A stretch of 64,000 nucleotides of DNA from an uncultured Chloroflexia bacterium (GTDB taxonomy: Bacteria > Chloroflexota > Anaerolineae > CG2-30-64-16), in NCBI GenBank assembly GCA_963810095.1, contig CAWEMM010000006.1, positions 704,001 to 768,000 on the forward strand. Reading direction: 5' to 3'. Numbering within the stretch: the first letter of the stretch is position 1; each line of letters opens with the position of its first letter. Shown here piece by piece: positions 33,212-43,302 of this stretch. The notes beneath the pieces are model-generated. The model had not been told where the DNA came from, ran no database searches, and saw nothing but the letters and a program-made list of their open reading frames with translations. Position numbers and translations under genes: made by a program.

Positions 33212-34318
33212 CTAAAGCACTTCGAGGATCGCCGGTCGCTCCCAGCTTACGCCGTCGACCTCGACCCGCAGCATGGGCCAGTCGGAGATGGTCGTCAGCA
33301 CTTCGTTGCGCTCGGCGCCAACGACGATCGTGTCTTCCGACTTAACGCCCGTGATGCTCGGATTCCACGCGTACACCTCGCCCTCGGTCACCACGTGCCG
33401 CGCACCTGGCGTCGCAACGAATTCGCGCGGCTCGTAGGCGGCCGGTCCGCCCTGGTGGTGCAGCTGCCATTCGTCCGGATAACCCGTCTCGGCGTAAGCG
33501 GCCTGCGCGGCCGCGAAGACGTCACCGAGCGCAACGCCCGGCCGGGTCTTGGCAATGAAGGTCGCGTCCACCTGTGCGCACGCCTGCTGCTTGCGCTGCA
33601 GTTCCTCGGGCAAGGGCCCGAAGTGCACCAGGCGCGTGACCGACGCGACGAGTCCCTGACGCCGCCCACACAGCACCAGCATGGCGTATCTCTCGAGCTT
33701 CTTGCCCGTGGGCAAAGGGTGGCGGAAGCGGAAGATACGCTCGTCCGTCGCAACCAGGTTGACGATGGGCAGCGCGCCTTGCGCATACGCCGCCTGGGCC
33801 AGCAGTCCGGCGATCTCCATTTCGGTCAGCCCGGGGCGCACCTGGCGAATGGCGGCATTCATCGCGTTCGCGCACGCTTTCCCAAGTTGCTGGAACCGCG
33901 AGAGCTCCTCCGGCGTCCTGGAAGCGCGGAGGGCGGCGATCTCAGCAGTGAGGTCTACACTGCCGGGATGGCCGCCATCCGAGCCCAGCCGCTTGCCCTC
34001 GAGCAGCTCTTTGGCCCGGGCGTTTGGCCCATACCACGGGTCCACTACCGGCTCGAAACCGAGCCCTTCGAGGGGCTCCTCCGCAGCCAGGCGAGTGGCC
34101 TCGATATTGGTCGTCAGCACATACTGGCTATTGGGCGTAACGACAATGCTGGCCGCGCCGAATGTCGAAGCCGTGTTGACGTAGCTGGCAGCGCCCTCCG
34201 CCAGCCATGCGAAATTCGCAACCCGCCCCAGCACGAGGGCATCGAGCGCACGTGCATGGATCAACTCGCGCAGCTGCGCCAGCCTCTCGTGTGTCTCCGA
34301 CATGTGGGTTTCCGTCAT
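33212..34318 (-). CDS. M24 (pita-bread fold) Xaa-Pro peptidase/creatinase-like protein with non-canonical metal ligands
   Basis: N-terminal creatinase-like domain, RPGLTEMEIA, FRHP, HHQGG...YEPRE, WNPS, KSEDT. Confidence 0.85.
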   Translation of the reverse strand: MTETHMSETHERLAQLRELIHARALDALVLGRVANFAWLAEGAASYVNTASTFGAASIVVTPNSQYVLTTNIEATRLAAEEPLEGLGFEPVVDPWYGPNARAKELLEGKRLGSDGGHPGSVDLTAEIAALRASRTPEELSRFQQLGKACANAMNAAIRQVRPGLTEMEIAGLLAQAAYAQGALPIVNLVATDERIFRFRHPLPTGKKLERYAMLVLCGRRQGLVASVTRLVHFGPLPEELQRKQQACAQVDATFIAKTRPGVALGDVFAAAQAAYAETGYPDEWQLHHQGGPAAYEPREFVATPGARHVVTEGEVYAWNPSITGVKSEDTIVVGAERNEVLTTISDWPMLRVEVDGVSWERPAILEVL

Positions 34319-34408
34319 TGGATTTCTCCAGTCGCTGGTGAATGAGCGCCCCGCGGCGCGCCCGCGTTTGGGCACACCGAGGCACTAAAACGATTTCAAT
34401 CGCCCGGC

Positions 34409-34437
34409 ACTATAGCCCGCGGCAAGGGGCATGTCAA
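34409..34437 (-). promoter_or_regulatory. Sigma70-type promoter of the M24 gene
   Basis: Minus strand TTGACA-N17-TATAGT. Confidence 0.7.
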
Positions 34438-34549
34438 GTCCTTTTGGCGGGCAGGTCAGCTTGTGATACACTGTGCCATTGCAGTCCGTCAGGCTACCAC
34501 CATTCCCGTCCTGACCGGACCATTTACCGCCCAAGAGGTGCTTCGGCCA

Positions 34550-35383
34550 ATGAAGAGGCCACTTCTTTTGACCATCCTGACGGCCTTCGCCGTCATTGCG
34601 TTCGTCGCCATGGTCGCGCCGGTGTTCGGCGCGCCGCCGAGCCAGGAAGCGCGCCCCGTCATCGCGCAGCCGGGCGAGGGCGCAGCGGTGCGCGACGTCG
34701 TGCAGATTATCGGCACCGCCACGCACCCCCAGTTTCAGCGCTACGAACTGTATTACGCGCCGTACCCCGTGCCTTCCGACCAGTCGTGGATCTTCATCGG
34801 CGATGCCCACAACAACCAGCAGCCGCTTGGCTTGCTCGGCACCTGGGATTCCCGCTCGGTGCCCGACGGCAGCTACGCATTGCGGGTGCGGGTGGTCAAG
34901 GCCGACGGCAACTACCTTGATAGCGACCCCCGCCGGGTCACCGTCGCAAACACCCGGCCCGCTGAAACGCCGACGCCCGAGACGCCGTTGACACCGCTGC
35001 CCGAGCTGCCGCCGACCGAGGCGCCAGCTAACGAAACGGCCGTCGTCGAGGCGCCCACGGCACCGGCGCCGGGCTCAGTCGCCGTGCCGACCATTGCGCC
35101 GACGCCAACAGAGGAAGTCACGGTCGAGGCCGCCGGGGGCAGCGCTCGACCGGGTTCCAGCCCGACGCCGCGCGGCACGGTGGTGATTGCCAGCACGTCA
35201 AGCGAGTCAACATCGGTCGGAGAGAGTGCCACCTCGATCGCGAACCAGGTCTTCAGCAGCAGCAAGCTGATGGACACGGCCAAGAAGGCAGCCACGTACA
35301 CTCTCGCCGCCTTCGTCCTGGTCGGCCTGTTCTTCGGGGTCAAGGGCATCCTCGTCTGGTTGTGGTATAAGATCAAGCCGTGA
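34550..35383 (+). CDS. Hypothetical secreted protein: Ig-like domain, Pro/Thr linker, C-terminal TM
   Basis: Signal peptide, IAQPGEG...VQIIGTA...WDSRSVPDGSYALRVRV, PT-rich stalk, hydrophobic C-terminus; GAGG RBS. Confidence 0.75.
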   Translation: MKRPLLLTILTAFAVIAFVAMVAPVFGAPPSQEARPVIAQPGEGAAVRDVVQIIGTATHPQFQRYELYYAPYPVPSDQSWIFIGDAHNNQQPLGLLGTWDSRSVPDGSYALRVRVVKADGNYLDSDPRRVTVANTRPAETPTPETPLTPLPELPPTEAPANETAVVEAPTAPAPGSVAVPTIAPTPTEEVTVEAAGGSARPGSSPTPRGTVVIASTSSESTSVGESATSIANQVFSSSKLMDTAKKAATYTLAAFVLVGLFFGVKGILVWLWYKIKP

Positions 35384-35456
35384 TGCTGCGGCATCCGGCC
35401 GCACACGCTTTTCTGGGGCTGTCCGGCGCGGGCAGCCCTTTGCCGTATTGAAGGAC

Positions 35457-36137
35457 ATGCCTGGTTTACGGGCGCTTTTGGCGCAACGCAGCAAGCCGGC
35501 AGCAGGTGACGCCGCGTCTATGGGCGCGGCGATGGCCGGAATGATCGTCGGGCTGGGCAACCCCGGCCCTGAATACGCGCGCCATCGCCACAACATCGGC
35601 TTCCAGATCGTCGACCAGTTTGCCGAACGCCACGGCCTGGAGTTCGACAAGTTTCAGAAGCGGGGCCGCCTCGCCGTGGGCCAGGTGTCCCTGCATGGCG
35701 GTTGGGCCGGGCGGGTGCTGCTGGCGAAACCCATGACGTACATGAACAGCAGCGGCGAGGCGGTTGGACCGCTGGCGGCCTTCTACAAGATCGCGCCCGC
35801 CAACATTCTCGTCGTCCACGACGATCTCGACCTGCCGCTCGGGCGGCTGCGCCTGCGGCCGAACGGCAGCCCGGGCGGCCAGAAGGGCGTTGCATCGATC
35901 ATCAAGGCGCTTGGCACGGACACGTTTTGCCGGCTCAAGGTTGGCATCAGCCGGCCCGGGGGCGCGAACAGCGGGGCCTCGCCCGCGATGGATCCGGCCG
36001 CCTATGTCCTGCAGCCCTTCTCGGGCGAGCAGGAAAAGGAGATGGGGTTGGCGCGCGTCCGGGCAGTGGACGCAATCGAGATGTGGCTGGCGGAAGGCAT
36101 CGAAGCTGCCATGAACGCCTTCAATGCGGCCGCATAG
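35457..36137 (+). CDS. pth: Peptidyl-tRNA hydrolase (start uncertain)
   Basis: IVGLGNPG, RHNIGF, KPMTYMNSSG, HDDLDL, YVLQPF. Confidence 0.93.
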   Translation: MPGLRALLAQRSKPAAGDAASMGAAMAGMIVGLGNPGPEYARHRHNIGFQIVDQFAERHGLEFDKFQKRGRLAVGQVSLHGGWAGRVLLAKPMTYMNSSGEAVGPLAAFYKIAPANILVVHDDLDLPLGRLRLRPNGSPGGQKGVASIIKALGTDTFCRLKVGISRPGGANSGASPAMDPAAYVLQPFSGEQEKEMGLARVRAVDAIEMWLAEGIEAAMNAFNAAA

Positions 36138-36158
36138 GGGATGCGGCCAGGGGTTTTT

Positions 36159-36231
36159 ACCACAGAGAACCAAAGGCACAAAGCTGCTCCGAGAGCCTTT
36201 GTGAAACTTCGAGTCTTTGGTCCTTCGTGGT
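36159..36231. repeat. Palindromic intergenic repeat (8-mer family), copy 4
   Basis: ACCACAGAGAACCAAAGGCACAAAG...CTTCGAGTCTTTGGTCCTTCGTGGT. Confidence 0.75.
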
Positions 36232-36242
36232 GAAGCCAGAGA

Positions 36243-39200
36243 TTGCAGCTGACACAACTAGTGAAACTTAACGGGTTACTGGACTTAGGCCAGGGGCTGA
36301 CCGCCATCGACGAAATGGCGGCCGCGCTGGCCGCGGGCGAAACGCCCGCAACACCGCTCGACGTTTATCACTCCGCCCGGCCCTACGTCGTGGCGGCGCT
36401 TGTACGCGCCCTAAACCGGCCCCTGGTCGTCGTGACGCCGCGTTCGGTGCGCGCCCGCCAGTGGGTCGACGAGTTGCGGGTCTGGCTGCCGGACGAAGTG
36501 CCCGTCTATAACTTCGCAGACCCCGACGCCCTGCCCTACGAACGCATTCCCTGGGCCCCCGAGACACGCCAGCGCCGGCTGGAAGCCCTGCTAGGGCTGC
36601 TCGCCTGGGCAAGCCCGACGCCGGCTGCCCCGTTTGCCCCCGTGGCCGTCGCTTCCGCCCGTGGGCTCATGCAGATGACGCTGCCCGTGCGCGAGATGCG
36701 CCTTGCCATGCGGCCTATTCGCCAAGGCATGGCTTTCGACCTCGACCGGGTCCTTCTGAGCTGGGTAGGCCTGGGGTACGAGTCTGCGGCAGTCGTCGAA
36801 GCGCCGGGCCAGTTCAGCCGCCGGGGCGGCATCGTCGACGTCTGGCCGTCCAACCTGCGGCGGCCGATCCGCATCGAGCTCTTCGGCGACGAGGTCGACA
36901 GCTTGCGCACCTTCGACCCGTCGACCCAGCGCACCATGGACCGCATCCAGGAATCCTCGGTCGGCCCGGCCAGCGAGGCGCTGCCGAAGCTGGGCGAGCG
37001 CGCGAGCGAACGGCTGGCGACACTCGACCTCTCCACGTGCCATCCACCCGCCCGCATGGAGTTCGAGCGCGAGATGCAGGCGCTGCGATCCGGATCGGGA
37101 TTCCGCAGCCTCGAGTGGTACATGCCGTACCTGTATGCCCAGCCCGGCGTCTTGACCGACTATCTCCCGGCCCTCGGCGCGCAGCAAGGCGCGGGGCAGC
37201 CGCCCGCGGCGCACCTCATCGTTGAGGATGCGGGCGAATTGCTCGTCAGCCTGGCCGATCTGGAGGGCCAGGCCGAGCAGTTGGGCCGCGACTTGAAAGC
37301 CGCAGGCGACATCCCCGAGGTTGTGCTGCCGCCCTACTTCGTCGCGGGCGCCCTCGTCGAAAAGCTCACCAGCCGGCCGGTGATCTACCTCGGTCACACG
37401 ACCCTTGCCAATGGGGGCGCGCCCAAGGGCAGCGACGGCAACGGCGAAGCGTTGGCGCGTCATTTCCATGCCGGGCCGCGCTTTGGTGGACAGGTGCGCG
37501 TCGATTCTCACCGAGATCGAGCCCCCGCTGCGCAACGGCGAGCACGTGGTGATGGTGAGCCGCCAGGCGCCGCGCCTCGCGGAGCTCCTGCGCGAGAACG
37601 GCCATGCCGTGGCGCCCGCAGACAACGTGCCGCAGCCCCCGCCGCCGGGGCTCACGCTCGTCCAGGGCGTCATGGAGGAAGGCTGGCGGCTGGGGCCGAA
37701 CGGGGCAACAAACCAGGTTTCTTCGGAGAAACCTGGCGCGGCGGGCGCACCCCTCTGGTTCCTGACCGACGCAGAGTTGTTCGGCTGGGGAAAGCCAAAG
37801 CCGCGGCGGCCACAGCGTACGAGAGCCGTCGCACCCGAGGTCTTCTTCGCCGACGTCCAGGCCGGCGATTACATCGTTCACCTGGAGCACGGCATCGGCC
37901 AGTTCAAGGGCCTGATGAAGATGGCCGTCGACGGCGTCGAGCGCGAGTACCTCCAGGTGGAGTACGCGCAGGGCGACCAACTGTACGTCCCTGTCCACCA
38001 GGCCGACCGGCTCGCGCGCTACGTGGGCGCGGGCGACGCGACGCCGTCGCTGCACCGCTTGGGCACGGCCGACTGGGAACAGGTCAAGGCGCGGGCGCGC
38101 AAGGCGGTTGCGGAGATTGCCGACGAACTGCTCGAGCTGTACGCGGCTCGCGAGGTCGTCGAAGGACACGCCTTCAGGCCCGACGCAGCCTGGCAGCAGG
38201 AGCTCGAGGCGAGCTTCCCGTACGTGGAGACCGAGGACCAGTTGGTCGCGATCGAGTCGGTCAAGCACGATATGGAGCAGCCGCGGCCGATGGACCGCCT
38301 GATTTGCGGCGACGTGGGCTACGGCAAGACGGAAGTCGCGCTGCGTGCCGCGTTCAAGGCGGTCATGGACGGCAAGCAGGTGGCGATCCTGGTGCCGACC
38401 ACCGTTCTGGCCCAGCAGCATTACACAAACTTCAGCCGCCGCCTCGCAGCGTTCCCCGTGACGGTCGCCATGCTTTCGCGCTTCCAGACGCCCGCGCAGC
38501 AAGACCGCACGCTTTCCGGCCTCGCCAACGGCTCAATCGATCTCGTCATCGGTACGCACCGCCTGCTGAGCAACGACGTCTCGGTCAAGGACCTGGGTCT
38601 GCTGATTGTGGACGAGGAGCAGCGTTTCGGCGTGAGCCACAAGGAGAAGATCAAGCAGCTGCGCACCGAGGTCGACGTGCTGACCCTCACTGCAACGCCG
38701 ATCCCGCGCACGCTCCACATGAGCCTGACGGGCGTCCGCGACCTGAGCACGATCGATACGCCGCCGGAAGAGCGGCTGCCGATCAAGACGTTCGCGGGTG
38801 ACTTTGACGAAGGGCTGGTGCGCCAGGCGATCCTGCGCGAGGTGGACCGGAACGGCCAGGTCTACTTCGTCCACAATCGGGTGCAGGGCATCGAACAGAT
38901 CGCCGCCAGAATCCACAAGATCGTGCCCGAAGTGCGGATCGCGATTGCGCACGGCCAGATGCCGGAGAAAGAGCTCTCCGCGGTCATGTTGGCCTTCGCC
39001 GAGGGCGATTACGACGTGCTGATCTGCACGACGATCATCGAGTCGGGCCTGGACATTCCCAACGCGAACACCATCATTATCAACCGGGCCGACACATTCG
39101 GCTTGGCCCAGCTCTACCAGCTGCGCGGCCGTGTCGGACGCTCCGCCGTGCGCGCGTACGCGTATTTGCTGGTCGACAAGTACAAGACCCTGACCGAGGA

Positions 39201-39939
39201 CGCACGGCGCCGGCTAGAAGCCATCCAGGAGGCGAGCGACCTGGGCGCGGGCTTCCGCATCGCCATGCGTGACCTGGAAATCCGGGGGGCCGGCGAGCTG
39301 CTGGGCGCCCGCCAGCACGGCCACATCGCGGCGGTCGGTTTCGACCTGTACACCCGGCTGCTGGCGCAGGCGGTGCAGGAAGCGCGCGAGCGGGCTGGCG
39401 GCGCGCCGAGAATGCGGGACGACGACGAAGCGGAACGTGCATCGGAGGCCGGGGGACCGCTGCGCAACGTGCTCGAGGACCCACTGGCGCCCACAGTGCA
39501 GCTCGACCTCAACCTGCCGTCACGCATCCCCGAGGAGTACGTGCCCGAAGGTGCGCTGCGCCTGCAGCTCTACCGCCGCCTGGCCGGCCTCACGACGCTC
39601 GAAGCGGTCGCCGAGATGGCCCAGGAGTTCGCCGACCGCTTCGGCCCGGTGCCGCAAGAGGTGCAGAACCTGCTGTACGTCGTGGGCGTGAAGGTGCGGG
39701 CGGTCAATGCGGGCGTCGAGGCCATCGGCATGGAGGAAGGCCAGCTCCTGATCAAGTGCTCATGTCTTGAAGCGATGGATCGCCTCAAGCTGCAGGAGCG
39801 CTTGAAGGCGCAAGACGTGCCGGGCAGGGTGTCGCGGCGGGCCGTCTGGATCGAGATGCGCGAAGGCGGAGCCCCGGCGCCCGCGGGCGGCGCCTGGCAG
39901 CGCGACCTGGTCAAGGCGCTGGAGCTGATGCGGGAATAG
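36243..39939 (+). CDS. mfd: Transcription-repair coupling factor; one frameshift near 37500
   Basis: UvrB-homology N-terminus ([22 protein letters not shown]), [55 protein letters not shown]. Confidence 0.96.
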
Positions 39940-39959
39940 AACTCGTAAGCGGGGTTTCG

Positions 39960-40036
39960 TCACCACAAAGACACCAAGGCACGAAGTTTCACAAGGTCCC
40001 GGTGAGCGCCTTGGTGTCTTCGTGCCTTGGTGGTGA
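39960..40036. repeat. Palindromic intergenic repeat (8-mer family), copy 5, between convergent genes
   Basis: TCACCACAAAGACACCAAGGCACGAAG...CTTGGTGTCTTCGTGCCTTGGTGGTGA. Confidence 0.85.
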
Positions 40037-40057
40037 AAACTCAACCCGCCGCCGCAG

Positions 40058-41686
40058 CTAGCGGTCCGCCGGCGCGTAGTCGTGGAACTGCGAGCGCAGC
40101 ACCTTCTTGTCGAACTTGCCCACGCTCGTCTTGGGCAGCGACTCCACGAAGACCACGTCGTCAGGCATGTACATGTGGCTGAACTTGGGGCGCAGCGCGG
40201 CGTAAATGTCCTCTTTCGTGATCGTGTCTTTGTGCTCGGGCTTGGGCACCACGCACGCCAGCGGCCGCTCCTGCCACTTCGGATGCGGGATCGCAATGAC
40301 GGCCGCCTCGGCCACCTTCGGACAGCCCATGATCGTATTCTCCAGGTCCTGGCTCGAGATCCACTCGCCGCCGCTCTTCACCAGGTCCTTCGTCCGGTCC
40401 ACGATCTGCATATAGCCATCCGGGCTGATTGTCACCACGTCGCCCGTCTTGAACCAGCCGTCGGAGAATGACTCCGGCGTCCGGTCGTCGTTGTAGTATG
40501 CGGATACGATCCACGGACCTTTGACCTGAAGCTCGCCGTAAGACTTGCCGTCCCAGGGTACTTCCTTGCCCGCCTCGTTAATCGCGCGGATGTCGACGCA
40601 GGGCACGGGTGCGCCCTGCTTGGCGCGCACCACGTACTGCGCTTCCTTGTCGAGATCCTTGTGCCACGAGCGCAGCCGGCTGACGGTGCCCAGCGGCGAG
40701 GTCTCGGTCATGCCCCACGCGTGCATCACCTCGATGCCGTGCCGCTGCTCGTACGCCTCAATCATCGACTGGGGTGCGGCCGCGCCGCCCACAATCATCA
40801 TGCGCACGCTGCTCAGGTCATACAGCTCGCGGTCGAGCAGGGCCAACATGCCCAGCCACAAGGTTGGCACGCCGGCGGTTAGGGTCACGCGCTCGGCCTG
40901 GATCAACTCGGCGAGGTCGCGGGGCGTCATGTGCGGCCCCGGCATAATCCACTTCACCCCTACCATCGTCCCCGCGAAGGGTGTGCCCCAGGCCAGGACG
41001 TGGAACATGGGCACGACGGGCATGAACACATCATGCTCGCCCATGCCGAAAGAGTCGGTCATGGTCAGCCCGAGGCTGTGGAGGAAGATCGAGCGGTGTG
41101 AGTACAGGACGCCCTTGGGGTTGCCCGTCGTGCCCGACGTGTAGCACATCGCGGCCGCATCGTTCTCGTCCAGCACGGGCCAGTCGAAATCGGGCGACTC
41201 TGCAGCCAGCAGGTCTTCGTAGGCATAGACGGGGCTCAACGTGCAGCCCTCAGGCACCTTTGCACCCATCACGATGTACAGCCTGGCGCAGCTCAACATC
41301 GGCGCCATTTTTTCGACGAGCGGCAGCAGCGTGGGATCGACGAAGATGATGCTGTCTTCCGCATGGCACAAAATGTACGCCAGTTGGTCGACGGCCAGGC
41401 GGATGTTGAGCGGGTGGAGCACCGCGCCCATGCTAGGGATCGCGAAATACAGCTCGAGGTGCCGCGAGTTGTTCCACGCAAACGTCGCCACCCGGTCGCC
41501 CGGCTGCACGCCCAGCCGCTTGAGCGCATTGGCCAGTTGGCCCGCGCGGTCGAACATCTCGCGGTACGTGTACCGCTCCAGGGTCGGCCCCGCCTTCGTC
41601 ACGATCTCCTTGTCGGGGAACAGGCGCTTCGCCCGCTCCATGATCGCCGTGACCGTCAGGGGGTAGTCCATCATCAGCCCGCGCAT
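40058..41686 (-). CDS. Medium/long-chain fatty-acid-CoA ligase (AlkK/DmdB-like)
   Basis: YTSGTTGNPKG, PMFHVLAWG, HAWGMTE, KTGD, DRTKDLVKSGGEWI, PKTSVGK; AGGAGG RBS. Confidence 0.92.
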   Translation of the reverse strand: MRGLMMDYPLTVTAIMERAKRLFPDKEIVTKAGPTLERYTYREMFDRAGQLANALKRLGVQPGDRVATFAWNNSRHLELYFAIPSMGAVLHPLNIRLAVDQLAYILCHAEDSIIFVDPTLLPLVEKMAPMLSCARLYIVMGAKVPEGCTLSPVYAYEDLLAAESPDFDWPVLDENDAAAMCYTSGTTGNPKGVLYSHRSIFLHSLGLTMTDSFGMGEHDVFMPVVPMFHVLAWGTPFAGTMVGVKWIMPGPHMTPRDLAELIQAERVTLTAGVPTLWLGMLALLDRELYDLSSVRMMIVGGAAAPQSMIEAYEQRHGIEVMHAWGMTETSPLGTVSRLRSWHKDLDKEAQYVVRAKQGAPVPCVDIRAINEAGKEVPWDGKSYGELQVKGPWIVSAYYNDDRTPESFSDGWFKTGDVVTISPDGYMQIVDRTKDLVKSGGEWISSQDLENTIMGCPKVAEAAVIAIPHPKWQERPLACVVPKPEHKDTITKEDIYAALRPKFSHMYMPDDVVFVESLPKTSVGKFDKKVLRSQFHDYAPADR

Positions 41687-41828
41687 GGCGCACCTCCTAT
41701 ACTTGTGCAAAGCAGAACACAGTTTTCTTACGAGGATAAAATTAGTATAGCACAAAACACCCGAGTTGCGACGATGGGTTCAGCGGTCGCGGTGCGAAGT
41801 GGAAGGGCGACGCACGCCCGAGGAATGC

Positions 41829-41854
41829 CGAGGGGCCGGCGGTCCGGCCCCTCG
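41829..41854 (-). terminator. Stem-loop after ridA
   Basis: Perfect 11-bp IR CGAGGGGCCGG/CCGGCCCCTCG. Confidence 0.55.
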
Positions 41855-41876
41855 CAGGGGCACGGTCACTGCGCCC

Positions 41877-42263
41877 CTATTTCTTCGTTTTCCGGGCGAT
41901 CATCTCGATCTCGATTCGAGCGCCGCGGGGCAGCCCGGCCACGGCCACCGTCGTGCGGGCGGGGTACGGCTGCTTGAACATGGTGGCATAGACGGTGTTC
42001 ATGGCCGCAAAATCGGCCATATCGGTCAGGTAGACGTTCACCTTGACCACGTCTTTCTGGCTCAGCCCGGCTGCTTGGAGCACGGCGAAGAGGTTGCGGA
42101 AGCACTGCTCGGTCTGTGCACCCACGTCGCCTTGCACGAGCTCTCCGGTGCCCGGATCCAGCGGCGTCTGGCCGGAAAGATAGAGCCGCTTGCCTGCCCA
42201 AACCGCGTGTGAATAGGGGCCGATGGCGCTGGCGCCTGGCGCACTCACTGCCTCACGTGTCAT
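41877..42263 (-). CDS. ridA: RidA/YjgF family enamine deaminase
   Basis: AIGPYSHA, LSGQ, VVKVNVYL, YPARTTV, IEIEMIA. Confidence 0.9.
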   Translation of the reverse strand: MTREAVSAPGASAIGPYSHAVWAGKRLYLSGQTPLDPGTGELVQGDVGAQTEQCFRNLFAVLQAAGLSQKDVVKVNVYLTDMADFAAMNTVYATMFKQPYPARTTVAVAGLPRGARIEIEMIARKTKK

Positions 42264-42402
42264 TTCGCATTCCTCCTGCAAGTTCGATGGCCTATGGTGC
42301 AGTGTACTCAAAAAAGCCGGTACGTCCAGCCGCGCCGCACGAGCGGCATCGAGTTATGTTATGATGGCCGCATCGAACCTTAGCCCGGTGTGAGGAGGTC
42401 GA

Positions 42403-42774
42403 ATGGATCCGGAGGCATTGTTGGCGAGTCTCCCCCCGCCGACCGAGCAAGACATGCTGGCGCTGCGCGACCACGCGCAGCAATACACGTTGGTATTTCT
42501 GCGTGAGGGGCCCGCATCGCGCGCAGACGAGGTTCGCAATGCTCGTTACCAGGCCCTGCACCTGCAGCACCTGACCAAGCTACAGCTGATCGGCAAGCTG
42601 GTGCTGAACGGGCCTATCCTGGCCGATCACGAGATCGTGGGAGTGAGCGTCTACGCGGCCGGCCTCGACGAGGCACGGGCGCTGGCCGAGGCCGATCCCA
42701 AGGTCAGAGAAGGCTACCTGACGGTCGAAGCGATCCCCTGGATGGCGGTGCCTGGCCCGGCGGGAGCGGACTGA
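42403..42774 (+). CDS. YciI-like protein
   Basis: HLQHL, KLVLNGP, EARALAEADP; GAGGAGG RBS. Confidence 0.75.
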   Translation: MDPEALLASLPPPTEQDMLALRDHAQQYTLVFLREGPASRADEVRNARYQALHLQHLTKLQLIGKLVLNGPILADHEIVGVSVYAAGLDEARALAEADPKVREGYLTVEAIPWMAVPGPAGAD

Positions 42775-42800
42775 GGCCGGGGACGGGAAGGGGGCAAGGG

Positions 42801-43160
42801 GTGGAAAAGATCAACCTGATGGAGAAGTTCACACGGTTCGGCGACCAGTGGCAGCCCAAGATCGTCGCGGAGCTCAACGGCCAGTACTTCAAGCTTGCCA
42901 AGCTGCAGGGCATCTTCGTGTGGCACCACCACTCGGAAGCGGATGAGTTATTTTTGGTGGTACAAGGACGCCTGACGATCCAGCTACGCGAGGGCGAAGT
43001 CGTGCTCGACGCGGGCGAGATGCTCGTGGTGCCCGCGGGCGTGGAGCACCGGCCGGTCGCCGACGAAGAGACATGGGTGATGCTGCTGGAGCCGAAAGCG
43101 ACGCTGAACACAGGCAACGTGCGCGACGAGCACACGGTTGAGGGACTTGACTGGATATAG
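42801..43160 (+). CDS. Cupin-domain protein
   Basis: FVWHHH...DELF...VPAGVEHRP, NTG. Confidence 0.9.
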   Translation: MEKINLMEKFTRFGDQWQPKIVAELNGQYFKLAKLQGIFVWHHHSEADELFLVVQGRLTIQLREGEVVLDAGEMLVVPAGVEHRPVADEETWVMLLEPKATLNTGNVRDEHTVEGLDWI

Positions 43161-43236
43161 CGCCGCGCAGACGTGCCACGAATGTGGGGGAATATTGGGG
43201 GATAACGAGGGATAAATGGGGGATAAGCGATGGTGT

Positions 43237-43286
43237 AGAAACCGGGTTTCTGCGCCAGCGAAGCCGGCAGGTGAAACCCGGTTTCT
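43237..43286. repeat. AGAAACCGGGTTTCT-type REP-like double palindrome between convergent genes
   Basis: 14-bp IR AGAAACCGGGTTTC/GAAACCCGGTTTCT, each arm nearly self-palindromic, starting at a GTAG. Confidence 0.7.
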
Positions 43287-43302
43287 CACACTGTGTCCAA
43301 CC

